Positions 60,990-64,000 of a stretch of DNA of 64,000 bases are shown here, in pieces. How positions within the stretch are numbered: position 1 is the first letter of the stretch; every line of letters begins with the position of its first letter. The translations under genes and the position numbers were made by a program. The notes beneath the pieces were generated by a model. It saw only the letters and a list, made by a program, of their open reading frames with translations. It was not told the origin of the DNA and made no database searches. Origin of the DNA: Alphaproteobacteria bacterium (GTDB taxonomy: Bacteria; Pseudomonadota; Alphaproteobacteria; MPNO01; UBA830); the NCBI GenBank assembly GCA_965243135.1, contig OZ251539.1:4992001-5056000 (forward strand), given 5' to 3'.

Positions 60990-63900
60990 TTGACGCAGCT
61001 TGCTCAGACATGGACGCAAGGAACATCTCCCCTGCCGACGTCGGGGAACCGGGACGCGCTGGAAGTTCACAGGGAACGTTGGCTGGAAGCGGGCCAGCGC
61101 CGCGACGATGCGTTCGCTCAGGACGCTTTGGAGGCGGCGGGCGAGCTGCTCGACGCTGTATTCGGCAACAGCCCGTATCTCAGCCATAGCCTGATCACCG
61201 ATCTTCCGTTCGCTCGGCTGTTGATCGAGAGCGGCCCGGACGCCGCCTATGAGGCGGCCCTTGGCGCGGTGCGCGACGGTGGCGATCCGGGAAACGAATC
61301 CGGGCGGGACTTGATGAAGCGCCTCCGGGTCGCCAAGCGTCAAGCCGCTCTTGCGATCGGTATGGCCGACATCGCTTCGGTCTGGCCGCTGGAACGGGTG
61401 ACCGGAGCGTTGGCGGACTTCGCGTCTGCGGCCCTGAGCGCGAGTTGCCGCCATCTGCTGCGCGAATTGCATAGAAGAGGCCGCTTCGCCCTGCCCGATC
61501 CCGACGACCCGGAAAAGGAGTCCGGCCTGATCGTCCTCGGCATGGGCAAGTTGGGCGCGCGCGAACTCAACTATTCCAGCGATATCGACCTGATCCTGCT
61601 CTTCGACCCGGAGACGACCCCGTATACGGGAGACGGCGATCTGCAGCAGACGTTCACGCGGCTTGCCCGCAACCTGGTGTCCCTGATGGACGAACGCACG
61701 GCGGACGGATACGTGTTCCGCACCGACCTCCGGCTCCGGCCCGATCCGGGGTCGACTGCGCCCGCGATCTCGACCCATGCGGCCGAAATGTATTACGAGA
61801 GCGCCGGGCAGAACTGGGAGCGCGCCGCCATGATCAAGGCGCGCCCGGTCGCCGGCGACGTCCCGCGGGGCGAGGCGTTTCTCGAAGTGCTTCAGCCGTT
61901 CATGTGGCGACGGCATCTCGATTTCGCCGCCATTCAGGACATCCAGTCGATCAAGCGGCAGATCAACGCGCACCGGGGCGGCGGCCAGATCGCCATCGAA
62001 GGACACAACGTCAAGCTGGGACGAGGCGGCATCCGCGAAATCGAGTTTTTCGCGCAGACGCAGCAACTGATCTGGGGCGGCCGCGACAGAGCGCTGCGAA
62101 CGAGAGGAACTCTGGAGGCGATCGACAAGCTCGTCGCCGCCGGGCACGTGGCGCGGTCGACCGCGAACGAGCTGGCGGCGGCCTACGACTTCCACCGCAG
62201 GCTCGAGCACAGGCTGCAGATGATCGACGACCGCCAGACCCACAGCCTGCCGGAGGACGAAACCGAACTGGCGGGCGTCGCGGCGTTTTCGGGGTTCGAC
62301 TCTACACAGGCCTTTCGCGACGCGGTTCTCGAACAGCTCAGGACCGTTGAGCGGCACTACGCGGCATTGTTCGAAGACGAGCCGGATCTGTCAGGGCCGG
62401 GCAATCTGGTTTTCACCGGCGGCGAGCACGATCCGGATACACTGACGACCCTCTCGGAAATGGGCTACGCCGAACCCGAACGGGTTTCGACGATGATACG
62501 AGCCTGGCATACCGGCCGGTATCGCGCCATGCAAAACACCCGTGCGCGGGAAATGCTGACCGAGCTCACTCCGGCGATCCTGGAGGCGTTCTCCGACTCG
62601 CCCGATCCCGATTCGGCGCTGCTGCGGCTCGACCGGCTCCTCTTGCGCTTGCCCGCCGGAATCCAGCTTTTTTCGCTTTTCACGGCCCATCCGGGGCTGT
62701 TCGAACTCGTCGCGGAGATCATGGGATCCGCTCCCCGTCTGGCCAACACTCTGAGCCGCCATCCGGCATTGCTCGACAGCGTATTGAGCCGCAATTTCAC
62801 CGACCTGCAAATTCCCGATGCCGAAGAACTGGGAGAAGAACTCGCGGACGCCGCTCGCCGAGGACTGATTCGGCTGTTTTACTCTCGGGAATACGGCATC
62901 GAGGAGATGAAGGCCGAGCTTTCGAACGCAGCCCGCGACGCCCGGGACTTCCAGGACTTCCTCGAAATCGAAAGGCGCTGGGCGAGCGACAGAATATTCC
63001 AGATCGGCGTGCACATGCTCAGGGGCCTCTTCTCGCCGACGGAAGCGGGGCGCCCGCTCTCGGATATCGCCGACGTCTGCCTCGGCGCTCTTCTGCCCGT
63101 CATCGAAAACGAGTTCGCGGCGACCTACGGACGCGTGCTAGGCGGCAAGGTCGCGCTCGTCGCCTTCGGCAAGCTGGGCAGCCGTGAAATGACGGTGAGT
63201 TCCGACCTGGACCTCATGTTCGTATACGATCACGATGCCGAAGCCACTGGCTCGGACGGAAAAAAATCCCTTTCTCCCGGCCAATATTACGCGCAGCTGT
63301 GCCGTCGCTTCATCGGCGCGGTTACCGCGCAGACGGCGGACGGCAAGCTGTACGAGGTGGACATGCGTCTCCGCCCGACCGGCAATGCCGGCCCCATCGC
63401 CACGTCGTTCGAAGCCTTCGAGAAATACCAGCGTTCGGAAGCATGGACCTGGGAACATCAGGCCCTGACCCGGGCGCGCGTGGTCTACGCCGAGAGCGAC
63501 CTCGAAGAGCGGATCGACGCCATGACCAGATCCGTTCTGGCGCTCCCCCGAAACCGCGAAGAGCTTGCGGGCGAGGTCGCCGGAATGCGCGAACGCATCC
63601 AGCGGGAACATGGCACCGACGACATCTGGTCGACCAAGCACGTTCGAGGCGGGCTTGTGGACGCCGAGTTCATCGCCCAATTCCTGCAGCTGACGCATGC
63701 GGCGGAGATTCCCGAAATTCTCGCAGGCGATCCCATCTCCGTGTTCGAAATCGCGCGGAAGCGCGAACTGATGGATGCCGAAACGGCGCGCAAGCTTACG
63801 GACGCCGTAACCCTCTGGCGCAATCTCCAGGGCATCCTGCGCCTGACGGTGGAAGGCGACTTCGTCGAAGAGAAGGCGCCGCATGGCCTGAAGAGGGTCG

Positions 63901-64000
63901 TCATGCGGTCTTGCGGCGTCAAGGAATTCGATCAGCTGAAACAGATGGCCCAACAGGCGGCAAAGGACACCGCTGCGCAGTTCGAGGCGCTGATCGGAAC
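60990..64000 (+). CDS. glnE: Bifunctional glutamine synthetase adenylyltransferase/adenylyl-removing enzyme (partial, runs off the right edge)
   Basis: TTG start after GAGG. Motifs GNSPYL, GMGKLGARELNYSSDIDL, RTDLRLRPDP, NVKLGRGGIREIEF, a second GKLGSREM..SDLDL, EVDMRLRP and WTWEHQAL. Confidence 0.95.
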   Translation, partial: MTQLAQTWTQGTSPLPTSGNRDALEVHRERWLEAGQRRDDAFAQDALEAAGELLDAVFGNSPYLSHSLITDLPFARLLIESGPDAAYEAALGAVRDGGDPGNESGRDLMKRLRVAKRQAALAIGMADIASVWPLERVTGALADFASAALSASCRHLLRELHRRGRFALPDPDDPEKESGLIVLGMGKLGARELNYSSDIDLILLFDPETTPYTGDGDLQQTFTRLARNLVSLMDERTADGYVFRTDLRLRPDPGSTAPAISTHAAEMYYESAGQNWERAAMIKARPVAGDVPRGEAFLEVLQPFMWRRHLDFAAIQDIQSIKRQINAHRGGGQIAIEGHNVKLGRGGIREIEFFAQTQQLIWGGRDRALRTRGTLEAIDKLVAAGHVARSTANELAAAYDFHRRLEHRLQMIDDRQTHSLPEDETELAGVAAFSGFDSTQAFRDAVLEQLRTVERHYAALFEDEPDLSGPGNLVFTGGEHDPDTLTTLSEMGYAEPERVSTMIRAWHTGRYRAMQNTRAREMLTELTPAILEAFSDSPDPDSALLRLDRLLLRLPAGIQLFSLFTAHPGLFELVAEIMGSAPRLANTLSRHPALLDSVLSRNFTDLQIPDAEELGEELADAARRGLIRLFYSREYGIEEMKAELSNAARDARDFQDFLEIERRWASDRIFQIGVHMLRGLFSPTEAGRPLSDIADVCLGALLPVIENEFAATYGRVLGGKVALVAFGKLGSREMTVSSDLDLMFVYDHDAEATGSDGKKSLSPGQYYAQLCRRFIGAVTAQTADGKLYEVDMRLRPTGNAGPIATSFEAFEKYQRSEAWTWEHQALTRARVVYAESDLEERIDAMTRSVLALPRNREELAGEVAGMRERIQREHGTDDIWSTKHVRGGLVDAEFIAQFLQLTHAAEIPEILAGDPISVFEIARKRELMDAETARKLTDAVTLWRNLQGILRLTVEGDFVEEKAPHGLKRVVMRSCGVKEFDQLKQMAQQAAKDTAAQFEALIG

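Noticed and set aside
60912-63953. Minus-strand ORFs over 60.9-64 kb
   Set aside because: They are antisense shadows of glnE.

Overview
GC-rich bacterial chromosomal window, probably from an alphaproteobacterium. The alpha-type glnE, a giant Ig-repeat surface protein and many decayed toxin-antitoxin (TA) and IS remnants resemble marine or sponge-symbiont genomes; this host assignment is inference only. The backbone is catabolic: three molybdo-hydroxylase large subunits with partners, amidohydrolases, hydantoinase/oxoprolinase A and B, a LeuCD-like hydratase, a flavoprotein dehydrogenase, UbiD, TauD, a Rieske dioxygenase pair, plus pyrDK, selD and glnE. Three IS insertions with clear terminal inverted repeats and target-site duplications each split a gene. 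The best candidate for an undescribed system is a lower-GC, overlapping three-gene operon at 56637-60636. It encodes a DEDD exonuclease-DUF429-P-loop kinase fusion, a short adenylosuccinate-synthetase homologue with the PurZ/PurZ0-type Asp-to-Ser signature, and an apparently catalytically dead dCTP-deaminase-fold protein with a transmembrane helix. This suggests a nucleotide-signal anti-phage system. The second highlight is a non-coding higher-order tandem array (8 conserved cores, ~242 bp period) at ~27804-29604. All family assignments come from motif recognition by eye, without database searches.
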